Shown: positions 7,461 through 20,128, counted from the stretch's first letter. The stretch: DNA of 57,077 nucleotides from an uncultured Syntrophobacter sp. (GCA_964539925.1 CAZILB010000003.1:2032-59108), one strand, 5' to 3'. Translations and numbers: made by a program. The notes: generated from the letters alone by a model not told the origin.

Positions 7461-9572
7461 TCAGGCCTTGTGCTCCCCATTCTGCTCCGCGGTCTTGCCG
7501 CTCCTGGCTTCCTTGATCACTTTTTCCGCCAGATGCGGCGGCAGCTCTTCATAGTGCGAGAACTCCATCTGGAACTCGCCGCGCCCGCTGGTGATCGAGC
7601 GCAGATCGGGCGCGTACTTCAGCACCTCGGCCATCGGCACCCTCGCCTTGATCACATGGGTATGTCCCTGGGTGTCCATCCCCATCACTTTCCCGCGCCG
7701 GCTGTTCAAATCGCCGATCACGTCGCCCATGCAATCATCCGGCACGCTGACTTCCATGCTCATGACCGGCTCGAGAAGAACGGGCCTGGCCTTTTCGACG
7801 GCGTTTTTAAATCCCATGGACGCGGCGATCTTGAACGCCATATCGGACGAATCGACGTCGTGATAGGAACCGTCGTAGAGCGTGACGCGCACGTCGACCA
7901 TCGGATAGCCGGCCAAATACCCTCCCGCCATCGCCTCCCGCACGCCTTTTTCCACCGCGGGAATATAGTTGCGCGGGACCGCGCCGCCGACGATCTGATC
8001 GACGAATTCGAAGCCATTGCCGGGAGGGAGCGGTTCCACCTTGAGCCAGGTGTCGCCGTATTGGCCGCGGCCGCCGGTCTGTTTTTTGAGCCTCCCTTGA
8101 GCGCTCGCCGTGCCGCGGATGGTTTCCTTGTACGGCACCTTCGGCGCCTTCAGGATAACCTCCGCGCCGTATTTGCGCTTCAATTTTTCAACCACGATCT
8201 CGATATGCTGCTGGCCCATACCGGAAAGGATAAAATCCCGGGTTTCTTCGTCCCGGTGCATTTCGATAGTCGGGTCTTCCTCCATAATCCGGTGGAGCCC
8301 CTGGGGCAGTTTGTCTTCGTCAGCTTTGCTTTTGGGCTCGAGAGCGAAGGAAATATTCGGCGAGAAACGCGGCGCGGGCGGATAGCAAATCGGCGCCTTT
8401 TCATCGCACAACGTATCGCCGGTGGCGACGTCTTTGAATTTTGCCGCGGCGACGATCTCGCCCGCGGCCGCATCCTTGACGGCTTCTTGTTTCTTGCCGT
8501 CGAGGCGGAACAGGTGCCCGGTTTTTTCTTTTGTCTGCCGGTTCGGTATATAGCAGGTCACGTCCTGGGCGATTTTCCCCGACATGACCCGCATGACCGA
8601 GAGCTTGCCGGCGAACGGATCGATCAAAGTTTTGAACACGTAGGCGGAAAAAGGCGCGTTCGGATCTACCGCGCGCTTGATCGATTCGCCATTGGCCGGA
8701 TTAGTTCCCTCGGCCTCGCCTCCTTCGAGCGGCGAAGGCAGATACTCGGCGACGGCGTCGAGGAGGTGGGCGACGCCGATCTGGCGCAGCGGCGCGCCAA
8801 ACAGAATCGGAAAGAGGCTTCGCTGCCGCACCGCCTCTCGGATCGCTTTCTTTAACTCTTCAATGCTCAACTCCTGCCCGTCGAGGAATTTTTCCAACAG
8901 CTCGTCATCGGACTCGGCCACGTCTTCGACCATCTTTTGGCGCCACGCCTCGGCGGCGCCTTTTAAATCAGCCGGGATATCGGCTTCGGTGAACTTACCG
9001 CTCTCGGCGTCATACAAGCACGCCTTCATCGTCAGCAGGTCGACGACTCCCTTAAAATCGGCTTCTGCGCCAATCGGCATCTGCAAGTAAACGCCCTTGG
9101 CTCCCAGGGTGTCCAACAGCGGCGCCAGGCGTTCGTGAGCGTTGGCTTGCTCGTGATCCATTTTGCTGACAAACAGAAGGCGACTCACCCGATCGTCATT
9201 GGCCTGCGCCCATAGACGCTCGGACTCCACCCGCAGGCCGACGGTGGGATTGAGCATAAACACCGCGCCGCTGCACGCGCGCACGCAGCTCATCGCGTCC
9301 GCTAGAAAAGCGGCGTAGCCCGGCATATCGATAAGGGTGATCGGGTGCTTTTTCCAAGACAAGCCGTGAAACGCGGTCGAGATCGACACGCGATGCTTGA
9401 CCTCTTCCGCCTCAAAATCGAGCACCGACGTGCCCTCTTGAACCTTTCCCAACCGCTGCGACGCTCCCGCCGCGAACAACATCGCCTCCCCTAAAGAAGT
9501 TTTTCCAGAGCCTCCCTGACCGAGAATCCCGACGTTACGAAGTTTATCGAGTTCCGCTACAGCCATGATCAT
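7461..9572 (-). CDS. fusA: Elongation factor G paralogue (EF-G2/FusA2-type)
   Basis: Full EF-G architecture (KKQTGGRGQYG, DGSYHDVDSS, LLEPVM, GDLNSRRG) with divergent G motifs GQGGSGKT, DMPGY, SKMD; not in an rpsL-rpsG operon; start at 9572 or 9566. Confidence 0.9.
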   Translation of the reverse strand: MIMAVAELDKLRNVGILGQGGSGKTSLGEAMLFAAGASQRLGKVQEGTSVLDFEAEEVKHRVSISTAFHGLSWKKHPITLIDMPGYAAFLADAMSCVRACSGAVFMLNPTVGLRVESERLWAQANDDRVSRLLFVSKMDHEQANAHERLAPLLDTLGAKGVYLQMPIGAEADFKGVVDLLTMKACLYDAESGKFTEADIPADLKGAAEAWRQKMVEDVAESDDELLEKFLDGQELSIEELKKAIREAVRQRSLFPILFGAPLRQIGVAHLLDAVAEYLPSPLEGGEAEGTNPANGESIKRAVDPNAPFSAYVFKTLIDPFAGKLSVMRVMSGKIAQDVTCYIPNRQTKEKTGHLFRLDGKKQEAVKDAAAGEIVAAAKFKDVATGDTLCDEKAPICYPPAPRFSPNISFALEPKSKADEDKLPQGLHRIMEEDPTIEMHRDEETRDFILSGMGQQHIEIVVEKLKRKYGAEVILKAPKVPYKETIRGTASAQGRLKKQTGGRGQYGDTWLKVEPLPPGNGFEFVDQIVGGAVPRNYIPAVEKGVREAMAGGYLAGYPMVDVRVTLYDGSYHDVDSSDMAFKIAASMGFKNAVEKARPVLLEPVMSMEVSVPDDCMGDVIGDLNSRRGKVMGMDTQGHTHVIKARVPMAEVLKYAPDLRSITSGRGEFQMEFSHYEELPPHLAEKVIKEARSGKTAEQNGEHKA

Positions 9573-9594
9573 CGATTCCTTCCTCGAGAATTTT

Positions 9595-10389
9595 CTATCT
9601 TTGCGCTCTTGCTTTTACCTCTTGCAGCGAATTTCGATCGTGAATGATCCGCAGCCCCGCCAGCGTCAAAAATTCATCCACTGCGTCGATGCTCAAACAT
9701 TCCGAGGCCACCAGAGGCGCCAGACCGCCGGTGGCGACGACCTTGGGCTTCGCGCCGCATTGGGCTTGAATGCGTTGCACGATGCCGTCCACCAGGCCGA
9801 CGTAGCCGAAGAAAATTCCCGCCTGGATGGAATGGACCGTGTTGCGGCCAATGACCTCTCGGGGTTTGACAATCTCGATGCGCGGCAGTTTCGAGGCGCG
9901 CTGGAACAGCGCCTCCAGGGAGATCGACAGACCGGGAGCGATGGCGCCGCCAACGTATTCGCCCTTTCTGGAGATCAGATCAATGGTGGTCGCCGTGCCG
10001 AAATCGACGATGATGCAGGCGTCGCGGTACTTTTCGTAGGCCGCAATGCCGTTGACAATGCGGTCGGCGCCGACGTCCTTGGGGTTTTCGTAAAGTATCG
10101 GCATGCCGGTTTTGATGCCCGGGCCGACGATCAGGGGATCGAGTTTGAAAAACCGCTGAGAAAGCTCCTGCGTCACCGTGAGCATGGACGGAACCACGCA
10201 GGAGACGGCGATGGCTTTGATCTGGCCGGTGCGGATGCCCTCGTAATCGACCAGTTGGGTGATGATGACGCCGTATTCGTCAGCCGTGCGCTCCGCCTGC
10301 GTTGCCAGGCGCCAGTGAGTGATCAGCTTCTTGCCCTGGTACAGTCCAAGAACGATGTTGGTGTTACCGATATCGATGGCTAAAAGCAT
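9595..10389 (-). CDS. coaX: Type III pantothenate kinase
   Basis: [32 protein letters not shown]. Confidence 0.96.
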   Translation of the reverse strand: MLLAIDIGNTNIVLGLYQGKKLITHWRLATQAERTADEYGVIITQLVDYEGIRTGQIKAIAVSCVVPSMLTVTQELSQRFFKLDPLIVGPGIKTGMPILYENPKDVGADRIVNGIAAYEKYRDACIIVDFGTATTIDLISRKGEYVGGAIAPGLSISLEALFQRASKLPRIEIVKPREVIGRNTVHSIQAGIFFGYVGLVDGIVQRIQAQCGAKPKVVATGGLAPLVASECLSIDAVDEFLTLAGLRIIHDRNSLQEVKARAQR

Positions 10390-10400
10390 GGATCCGCGTA

Positions 10401-11210
10401 TCAGTCCTCCGCGGCAACGACATCGCCGGCGATGATGCGTTGCACAGCGCCGCTTTCGTTTTCCACCAGTAGCGCGCCTTCCGCATCGAGGCCCTTGGCG
10501 CGACCGACAATCTCTTGACCCAGCATCTCCACCCGCACCCGCCGCCCGCGCAAGTCAAAGCGCGCCTCCCAGCGCGCGGCTATAGCGCCAAACCCGGAGG
10601 CTTCAAGCACTCCATAGCACCTGTCGAGGTCCTGAATCAATCGCCTGAGAAAGCTTTCCCGGCTCACGCTTTGTCCCGTCAAAGCGAGCACCGACGTGGC
10701 GCGGCGGCGGATCTCTTCCGGCATGACTTCAAGCGAAAAATTGAGGTTCACGCCGATACCGAGAATCGCGTAATGCACCCGCTCAGCGTCGCAGGACAGC
10801 TCGGTGAGAATGCCCCCGAGCTTCTTGCCGCCGACCATGATGTCATTGGGCCACTTGATCGCCGCAAAACCGGGAATAAATGCGGCGGTGGTTTCCGCCA
10901 GCGCCACAGCCGCCATCAAAGTAATTTGCGGCGCGTGGACCGGCGGCAATTTTGGCCTGAGGATGATCGACAAATAAAGGTTGGCGAAAGGCGGCGATGC
11001 CCACCGACGCCCCAGCCGGCCCCGTCCTGCCGTCTGCGTTTCGGCGACCACGATCTCGCCTTCTCCCGCGCCCTTCTCCGCGAGCTCCCGCGCTGTGCTG
11101 TTGGTGGAGACGACCTCCTCGAAGTAATGAAATCTCGTCCCGAGGCGGCTTGGGTTCAATCCGTCGCGCACCTGTTCCAGGCGCAAAGGTGCCCGGGCGG
11201 CGCGGATCAT
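10401..11210 (-). CDS. birA: Biotin-[acetyl-CoA-carboxylase] ligase without N-terminal HTH
   Basis: [33 protein letters not shown]; start at 11210 or 11231. Confidence 0.93.
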   Translation of the reverse strand: MIRAARAPLRLEQVRDGLNPSRLGTRFHYFEEVVSTNSTARELAEKGAGEGEIVVAETQTAGRGRLGRRWASPPFANLYLSIILRPKLPPVHAPQITLMAAVALAETTAAFIPGFAAIKWPNDIMVGGKKLGGILTELSCDAERVHYAILGIGVNLNFSLEVMPEEIRRRATSVLALTGQSVSRESFLRRLIQDLDRCYGVLEASGFGAIAARWEARFDLRGRRVRVEMLGQEIVGRAKGLDAEGALLVENESGAVQRIIAGDVVAAED

Positions 11211-11217
11211 GTTTGAA

Positions 11218-12072
11218 TCAAGCGGCGGCATTCATCGTGATCTTCATGTTGAAATCGACCACCGGCGCAGAGTGCGTCAGCGCGCCGGAAGAAATAAAAT
11301 CGACCCCGGTAGCCGCGACCTCGCGTATATTCTCCAGCGTGATGCCCCCCGACGCTTCGATCCAGGCTCGCTTGCCGACCAGCTTTACCGCTTCCGCCAT
11401 CTGCGCATGGGTCATGTTGTCGAGCATGATCACGTCGGCGCCCGCGTCAATCGCTTCCTGGACTTGCTTCAAGCTGCTCGTCTCGACCTCGACCTTGGCC
11501 ATAAACGGCGCGTGGCGGCGTACGGCTTTCACCGCCTCGGCGATGGAACCGGTCGCTTCGATGTGATTGTCCTTGACCAGGGCCGCGTCGTAGAGGCCAA
11601 TGCGGTGGTTGGTGCCGCCGCCCATGCGCACGGCGTACTTTTCCAGCGTGCGCAGCCCCGGCGTGGTTTTGCGCGTGTCGAGCACCTTGCAGGGAAAATC
11701 CTGGACCGCTTCGACGTATTTGCGGGTGAGCGTGGCGTTGCCGGATAGGCGCTGGAGGAAATTGAGCGCCGTCCTCTCGGCCAGGAGCAGCGCCCTCACG
11801 GGCCCCTCCGCTTCGGCCACGACCATACCAGGAGAGACCTGGTCACCATCCTTAGCGCGTAAATGAACCGCGACTCTGTGATCGATAAAATAGAAAATAC
11901 GCTCGAGTAAAACCAAACCCGCCACCACGCCGTCTTTTTTAGCGCGGAACAGCCCCGTGCCGCGTGATTCTGCCGAGATTGTCGACATCGTCGCCAAATC
12001 ACCCGCACCGATATCCTCGTCGAGAGAATCGCGAATCAACCTTTCGATCTGTGGACTTACGTGTATGTCCAT
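11218..12072 (-). CDS. nadC: Nicotinate-nucleotide diphosphorylase (quinolinate phosphoribosyltransferase)
   Basis: ERTALNFLQ, DTRKTTPG, NHR, KDNH, EVE, MLDN, EASGG; start at ATG 12072. Confidence 0.96.
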   Translation of the reverse strand: MDIHVSPQIERLIRDSLDEDIGAGDLATMSTISAESRGTGLFRAKKDGVVAGLVLLERIFYFIDHRVAVHLRAKDGDQVSPGMVVAEAEGPVRALLLAERTALNFLQRLSGNATLTRKYVEAVQDFPCKVLDTRKTTPGLRTLEKYAVRMGGGTNHRIGLYDAALVKDNHIEATGSIAEAVKAVRRHAPFMAKVEVETSSLKQVQEAIDAGADVIMLDNMTHAQMAEAVKLVGKRAWIEASGGITLENIREVAATGVDFISSGALTHSAPVVDFNMKITMNAAA

Positions 12073-12076
12073 TGTC

Positions 12077-14818
<2,742 letters not shown>

Positions 14819-14822
14819 GAAG

Positions 14823-15329
14823 CTAATTTTCTGGCGGTAGATACTCTTCCGCCGCCGTCTCCTCGACCACGTCGACGAGTTCGATGATCGCCGGCTCGGC
14901 GCTAGCTTTAGCCGCGCCCTGCGGTCGACTCGCTTTCCTAGTTTGCGTGAATTTTGCCGGCGCCGTCGCCGCGCCCGGTTTGTCCACTCCGGTCAAACCG
15001 AGACACTCGGCCACAGCCTTCTGCAGCTCGTCCCGGCGCACGGGTTTCCGCAGGATGACCAATCCTTGCCGAGCAGGCGGGCCGGGCGTACCGTCCGCTT
15101 CGATCCAAAGGGTCGGTATTTGCCAAGCCTCGGTCGCATTCAAGCCGCGGGCCGCCGGCGTCCCTTTTTCCGATAGGGCCGCGGCGTCGACAATCACCGC
15201 GTCCACTCCCGCCAGAGCCGCGGCTTGCGGCAGCGTCTCCATCACTCGCACTCTATGTCCGACCGGCAACGCCAGAACCAACGCTTGTTGAAGCATTTTG
15301 TAGGGTTCAATAATGACAATGCTGCTCAT
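14823..15329 (-). CDS. Hypothetical protein with degenerate receiver-like domain
   Basis: IVIIE..DAVIVD..ILRKPV resembles a REC fold; low-complexity tail; first gene of the valS run. Confidence 0.6.
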   Translation of the reverse strand: MSSIVIIEPYKMLQQALVLALPVGHRVRVMETLPQAAALAGVDAVIVDAAALSEKGTPAARGLNATEAWQIPTLWIEADGTPGPPARQGLVILRKPVRRDELQKAVAECLGLTGVDKPGAATAPAKFTQTRKASRPQGAAKASAEPAIIELVDVVEETAAEEYLPPEN

Positions 15330-15355
15330 CTGGCGAACGCTCTGCCTCCGTTATC

Positions 15356-15384
15356 TTGACAAGTTTTGGACCCCAAGTTACAAA
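15356..15384 (+). promoter_or_regulatory. Putative sigma70 promoter for tRNA-Leu
   Basis: TTGACA-N17-TACAAA about 30 nt upstream of the tRNA. Confidence 0.45.
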
Positions 15385-15415
15385 CGATTAACACTCATGA
15401 GCTTCGACGGCTTCT

Positions 15416-15502
15416 GCGAAAGTGGCGGAATTGGTAGACGCGCAGGATTCAGGATCCTGTGGGGTAACACCCGTGGGGGTTCGATTCCCCCCTTTCGCAC
15501 CA
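15416..15502 (+). tRNA. tRNA-Leu(CAG)
   Basis: Acceptor GCGAAAG/CTTTCGC, anticodon arm CAGGA-TTCAGGA-TCCTG, long variable arm, GGTTCGATTCC, encoded CCA. Confidence 0.97.
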
Positions 15503-15567
15503 AGTACCTACTAGGTATCACACAAGCTCGTTTTTCTCTAATCTCCCCGTAAACCCCTCGCACGATT

Positions 15568-15730
15568 GATGGCGGCGACATTGGCGGTCAGCGATCTTGC
15601 GCCCGATTTTGCCGTCGGACCGGGAGCCCCCGAATCGTGAGCGCCATGGGCGCTACGATTCCCAAAAGAGGTGAGGCCCGCCGGGCTCCCGCGACGCCGA
15701 GAGCGTCGCGCAGGCGGAAGGTGAGCCGAA
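15568..15730. other. Multi-stem structured intergenic element (candidate ncRNA/leader or REP/MITE-like)
   Basis: CGGGAGCCC/GGGCTCCCG encloses GAATCGT(g)AGCGCC-ATG-GGCGCT-ACGATTC; followed by GCGACGC-cgaga-GCGTCGC. Confidence 0.45.
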
Positions 15731-15743
15731 AGAGCGATTCACG

Positions 15744-16088
15744 ATGAAGGTGTTGTTAAAGTCAATTATTGCGGTCGTATTCTTCGCGCTGGCGGCGGGC
15801 GCCTGCTCGCGAGAATCAGACCCGGAAGATCCACGAGCTCAAAACGCCGCTTGGAAACGGGGAAGGGCCGTTTATATTGCAAACTGTGTCGCTTGCCATA
15901 ATAACGACCCCTCCAGAGACGGCCCCATCGGCCCCGCAATTCAAGGATCCTCTCGGGAATTGCTGGAAACCCGAGTGCTCACCACCAGCTATCCGCCGGG
16001 ATATGAGCCGAAACGTCCGACCAAGGTAATGCCGCAATTCCCCTTCTTGAAGGACGAAATCCCCAACTTGGCCGAATATCTCAAGTAA
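15744..16088 (+). CDS. Monoheme cytochrome c, lipoprotein-like signal
   Basis: Signal ending AAGAC; GRAVYIANCVACH; distal MP. Confidence 0.9.
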   Translation: MKVLLKSIIAVVFFALAAGACSRESDPEDPRAQNAAWKRGRAVYIANCVACHNNDPSRDGPIGPAIQGSSRELLETRVLTTSYPPGYEPKRPTKVMPQFPFLKDEIPNLAEYLK

Positions 16089-16098
16089 TCCCCGCCGC

Positions 16099-16794
16099 CT
16101 AAGTCAAAGCAAGCGTCAATACATAAAGTACCGCCGTAAGCACAAATCCGGCCCAGAGCGCGCCACTCACCGAGTCCAGCGGCTTTTTGGTTACGCCTTG
16201 CGTACCCATTAGCGCGTTGATCTGGACGGCGCCGATGACAATGAATACCAGGATCCAATACACCGCGCGGGAGCCGGACTGCCCCACCATCGCTGGATAA
16301 TGACTCGCCGCTCCCATATAGAACAGCATCGGAATCGAGAACACGGTGTTGGTTCGAGACGTGAGCGCCGCCCGACGCGCGGCGCCGGCGGCCTCCGGCA
16401 ACGCTTGCCCGCCCGAGGCCACTTGATTGGTCGAGGCGATCACGATCTGCTGTTTGGGCCAGATCACGAGCCAGACATTGAGAAACATCAAGGTGCCCAT
16501 CAATCCGCCGACGGTGATCGTCACGCCGTAGGGTGACGAATAAAAAAGTCCCGCGCCCATTTCGTGCATGCGAATGCCATAAATGAGAATGCCGGCGAGA
16601 AACGTAAACATGGCTCCCCAACGAAACCACCAGAGCGCGCGCGGCACCAATTTTTGGATCGCCCCGCTTCTCACCGGCGCTTCGGTTTCGGCGAAAAACG
16701 GCGTCTGAACGAAATTAAAATAGTAGAGAAGTCCGATCCACGTCACACCCGCCAAAAAATGAATCCACCGCAAGATGAACATGAGTCCTTCCAT
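16099..16794 (-). CDS. PuuD/urate hydroxylase N-terminal-type membrane protein (Urate_ox_N)
   Basis: LRWIHFLAGVTWIGLLYYFNFV, WWFRWGA, GTLMFLNVWLVIWPKQ, SRTNTVFSIPMLFYMGAASH. Confidence 0.82.
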   Translation of the reverse strand: MEGLMFILRWIHFLAGVTWIGLLYYFNFVQTPFFAETEAPVRSGAIQKLVPRALWWFRWGAMFTFLAGILIYGIRMHEMGAGLFYSSPYGVTITVGGLMGTLMFLNVWLVIWPKQQIVIASTNQVASGGQALPEAAGAARRAALTSRTNTVFSIPMLFYMGAASHYPAMVGQSGSRAVYWILVFIVIGAVQINALMGTQGVTKKPLDSVSGALWAGFVLTAVLYVLTLALT

Positions 16795-16855
16795 AATTCT
16801 CCTCCCCTTCGACCGGCGCTCACGGCGAGCGCAGACAGTTTATTTATTTTGCGTC

Positions 16856-16885
16856 TATATAGGGGCGGAAACTCTTGCTTGTCAA
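16856..16885 (-). promoter_or_regulatory. Putative sigma70 promoter of the PuuD-like gene
   Basis: Minus strand TTGACA-N18-TATATA. Confidence 0.45.
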
Positions 16886-17101
16886 GAACAATCGGCGATG
16901 GCGATCCTTGGCTTTGTCGTATACCGTCCCGGGAAATGAGCGGCAATCCCAGCGCATGCGTGCGGCGACAACGGCGCCCCGCATCGGCTTGACCTCGCTA
17001 CCGAACTGTGACATTTTCCCTGCTATCTTTCGGCTCCCTAGGGATTTTTTCTGATTCGCGAAACCAAAACTCGCACGCGCGAGGCGCCTTCGGGCGTCGC
17101 C

Positions 17102-18094
17102 TTGGATGGCCAACGCCATATACCTTTGCTGCAGGCCGGCAACGACCCCTTCAGCTTCGTGAGCGAGGAGTTGCGCCTGGTTGAAGAAAATCTCGCGCGC
17201 GCCATCCGATCGCGCGAACGCAAACTCAGCGAGATATCCGGTCATCTGATCTGCGGCGGCGGCAAGCGCGTGCGGCCCATGGTGACCCTGCTGGCGTATT
17301 TGGCCTTCGGCGGGAAGCACGTTCGCGACATTGTCGATATCGCGACCGCCATCGAGCTCATCCACACGGCAACCTTGCTGCATGACGACATCCTTGACGG
17401 CGCGGAAACCCGTCGGGGCAAGGAATCCGCCTATAAGAAGTTTGGTTTGAAGTCGACGCTGGTGGCGGGCGACTTTTTATTCATCAAAGCATTCGAGTTT
17501 GCTGGCAAGTTCGACGAGACGGTAGTTCAGTGGACCGCGGATGCCTGCACTCTGCTTACCGAGGGGGAGATCCTTCAGGGTCATTTCAATCGCAACCGGA
17601 CGGTCACTATCAACGACTACGTCGAGATCGTCACGCGCAAAACCGCATCCCTTTTCCACACCGGTGTCAAGGTCGGAGCCTACCTGGCCGGTGCCCACGC
17701 GTCGATGGTGGATGAGACCGAACGCTACGGACTCAATATGGGAATTGCTTTTCAGATGGTGGACGATATCCTGGACGTGGTCGGCCACGCCGAACTCCTC
17801 GGCAAGCCTGTCGGTATCGATCTTCGCGACGGCAACCCGTCATTGCCGATTATCATTGCGCTGGATCATGACGATGCCGCGGTGCGCGAGGCCTTCGATT
17901 CACCAAGCCCGAGCGAAGCCCAAATCCAAACAGCCCTGGAAGCGATCCGAAAAGGGCCCGCCCTTTCCGAGGCCCGAGTTCTCGCCAAACAATACGCGGA
18001 ACGGGCGCTCAAATCGATCCGCAAATTACCGCCGTCGCATTATCGCAACGGCATGAAAACACTGGTGCAGTTGATCATCGACAGAGATTTCTGA
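17102..18094 (+). CDS. Polyprenyl diphosphate synthase (HepT/IspB-like)
   Basis: GGKRVRP, first Asp-rich motif LLHDDILD..RRG, KTA, second motif FQMVDDILD. Confidence 0.93.
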   Translation: MDGQRHIPLLQAGNDPFSFVSEELRLVEENLARAIRSRERKLSEISGHLICGGGKRVRPMVTLLAYLAFGGKHVRDIVDIATAIELIHTATLLHDDILDGAETRRGKESAYKKFGLKSTLVAGDFLFIKAFEFAGKFDETVVQWTADACTLLTEGEILQGHFNRNRTVTINDYVEIVTRKTASLFHTGVKVGAYLAGAHASMVDETERYGLNMGIAFQMVDDILDVVGHAELLGKPVGIDLRDGNPSLPIIIALDHDDAAVREAFDSPSPSEAQIQTALEAIRKGPALSEARVLAKQYAERALKSIRKLPPSHYRNGMKTLVQLIIDRDF

Positions 18095-18147
18095 CCCTTG
18101 CCGGGTTATCTGCGCGCGACCGATTCCAAGTTTCTGAGCCTACCGAG

Positions 18148-18876
18148 TTGATGCCCGCTCCAAGCCATCCGCGCGATCGAGCCGTTCAGAGCATGTTCGA
18201 CCGTATCGCGTCGCGCTACGATCGGCTCAACCGCGTGATCAGCTTTCGCCTCGACCGCAAATGGCGCGAGCAGGCGATTCAATCACTCCTATCCGCCGGC
18301 GCGGAGCGGATCCTCGATCTCGGTACCGGAACCGGCGATCTCGCGCTCAGCGCCGTCGCCTCCGCCAACGGCCGAGCCCTGGTCGTGGGACTGGATTTCT
18401 CCCTCGAAATGCTCAAGCTTGCCGAACGGAAACGGCGCAGCGCCCGCCACGGTGAAAAAACCTTCTTTGTGGACGGCAGCGCTCTTGAGGCGCCCTTCAA
18501 AGACGCGGCCTTCGACGGGGTCATGACGGCATTCGTTCTGCGCAATGTCTCCGATCTGGAAATTTTCTTCGAGCAGGCCGCCCGCGTTCTAAAACCCGGA
18601 GGGATATTGGTATCCCTGGATATGTTCCCGCCGCCGGAGGCTTGGTTTGCGAAGCTATACGGGATTTACTTCTACCGTTTAGTGCCATGGATCGGCGGAG
18701 TCTTGGCGCGCGACCGCCGCGCTTACCAGTATTTGTCGGAGTCGGTGCGCCGATTTCAAACGCCGGAAAAAATTGCAGAGGGAATACGCGCGGCCGGCTT
18801 CAGCGGGATTACGATAAAAAAGTTTCTTCGCGGCGCAGTCTGCATGCACATTGCCGAAAAGGCGCGCATTCGGTAG
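18148..18876 (+). CDS. menG: Demethylmenaquinone methyltransferase UbiE/MenG
   Basis: VQSMFDRIASRYDRLNRVISF, LDLGTGTGD, LRNV, AYQYLSES. Confidence 0.9.
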   Translation: MMPAPSHPRDRAVQSMFDRIASRYDRLNRVISFRLDRKWREQAIQSLLSAGAERILDLGTGTGDLALSAVASANGRALVVGLDFSLEMLKLAERKRRSARHGEKTFFVDGSALEAPFKDAAFDGVMTAFVLRNVSDLEIFFEQAARVLKPGGILVSLDMFPPPEAWFAKLYGIYFYRLVPWIGGVLARDRRAYQYLSESVRRFQTPEKIAEGIRAAGFSGITIKKFLRGAVCMHIAEKARIR

Positions 18877-18898
18877 CCACAGGATTTAGGATCCGCTT

Positions 18899-19729
18899 AT
18901 GACCGGGTTTTCCAGCAGTTTTTTCATTTTTCTCTATCAGATAGCCCTGGGCGGGCTCTTTGCGTTGGCCGGCACGCCGTTTCACGAAATCGAAAGGGCC
19001 TTTTACAAGTCCACGGCCGGCGTTCTCTACGTCATTGCTCTTCTCGGCCTGTGGGGACGAAGCCGCTACTATTGGCACAGCCTCTCGAGCGAATTTTACT
19101 GGGTCACCGCTTTTGAAGTTGTATTTCAATTGGCCTTCGCAATTGCCTTTTCCTGCTACATGTTTTCATTGTGGGGGGAACGGCAAACCTTTCGCGCGCG
19201 CAGCTTTGCGTGGACGATTCTAACCGGACTCGGTGGGCTGTTGTTAGCCACCCACAGCTTCTACGGCGCGCCCTTTTTTTCCGTGGAGACCGTCGTTTAC
19301 CCGTCGGCGTTTCTATTGTCCGCCCTGCTCCTGGGAGGGGTGACGGTGGGCATGCTGATCGGCCATTGGTATCTCATCGACACCGGGCAGAGCTTGGAAC
19401 CTTTCGTTCGGATTTTCAGGTTTTTCGTCATCGCGCTGATCGCCCAGTGTGTTTTCTTTGCTCTGGGTCCGGCGGCCCTTTACTTCTTGGGAACCTTAGA
19501 AAGCCAGGCGGGCATGGAACGCTTGTGGCAGCAACATTCGACACTATTGGTCACACGGGTGTTATCGGGACAGATTGCCCCGCTGGTCCTGTCCTGGATG
19601 ATCTGGCGCACATTGCTCATTCCGCACACCATGGCCGCCACCGGTCTTTTTTATATCGCGCTGCTGGGAGTGTTTGTCGGCGAGATTCTGGGGAGGCAAA
19701 TCCTGGCGCTGACGATGCTACCGTTCTGA
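18899..19729 (+). CDS. Multi-pass membrane protein with GHWYL motif
   Basis: About 8 hydrophobic segments; GMLIGHWYL and MAATGLFY motifs; 22 nt after menG. Confidence 0.8.
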   Translation: MTGFSSSFFIFLYQIALGGLFALAGTPFHEIERAFYKSTAGVLYVIALLGLWGRSRYYWHSLSSEFYWVTAFEVVFQLAFAIAFSCYMFSLWGERQTFRARSFAWTILTGLGGLLLATHSFYGAPFFSVETVVYPSAFLLSALLLGGVTVGMLIGHWYLIDTGQSLEPFVRIFRFFVIALIAQCVFFALGPAALYFLGTLESQAGMERLWQQHSTLLVTRVLSGQIAPLVLSWMIWRTLLIPHTMAATGLFYIALLGVFVGEILGRQILALTMLPF

Positions 19730-20017
19730 ATCACTGCGGCCGCTTGGAGCCGGGGGGGGATATGTTTTAATCTTGGTGATTTTTAATTGGCTTGACGTCC
19801 AACCTAAATCGTATCCGACCTGGTCGCCAACCTTGAGATCCAGCGCGTTCTTGGCCTCACCGCAAACAATCACCAGATTGTAGTCAAACGTTAATTCCCG
19901 CCCGCTCTCGGTACGCACCACGCCCGTATTGTTCGACGGGAAAAGCTTGGTGATCACCCCCTGGTGGTAATAATCGCCCCGTTCGGAAATCAATATATCG
20001 GCCTTCTCACTTGCCAT
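19718..20017 (-). CDS. Small OB-fold/cold-shock-like hypothetical protein
   Basis: GVITKLF..GVVRTESGRELTF..LKVGDQVGYDL pattern. Confidence 0.65.
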   Translation of the reverse strand: MASEKADILISERGDYYHQGVITKLFPSNNTGVVRTESGRELTFDYNLVIVCGEAKNALDLKVGDQVGYDLGWTSSQLKITKIKTYPPPAPSGRSDSER

Positions 20018-20128
20018 GACGGCGGGCGAACTGAAAATTCGCGCCTCGTGCGAAACTGTCCAATCGATACCGATGCCCGATGACTTCGGACATCAATCAC
20101 TGAAATGGAGCTAAAGGCTCGACGGGGG

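Noticed and set aside
7470-8855. Long antisense ORFs (e.g. 7470-8855, 13772-14887, 25539-26486, 29223-30587, 45558-46658, 53861-54835)
   Set aside because: Shadow frames of well-supported genes, expected in GC-rich DNA; no recognisable motifs
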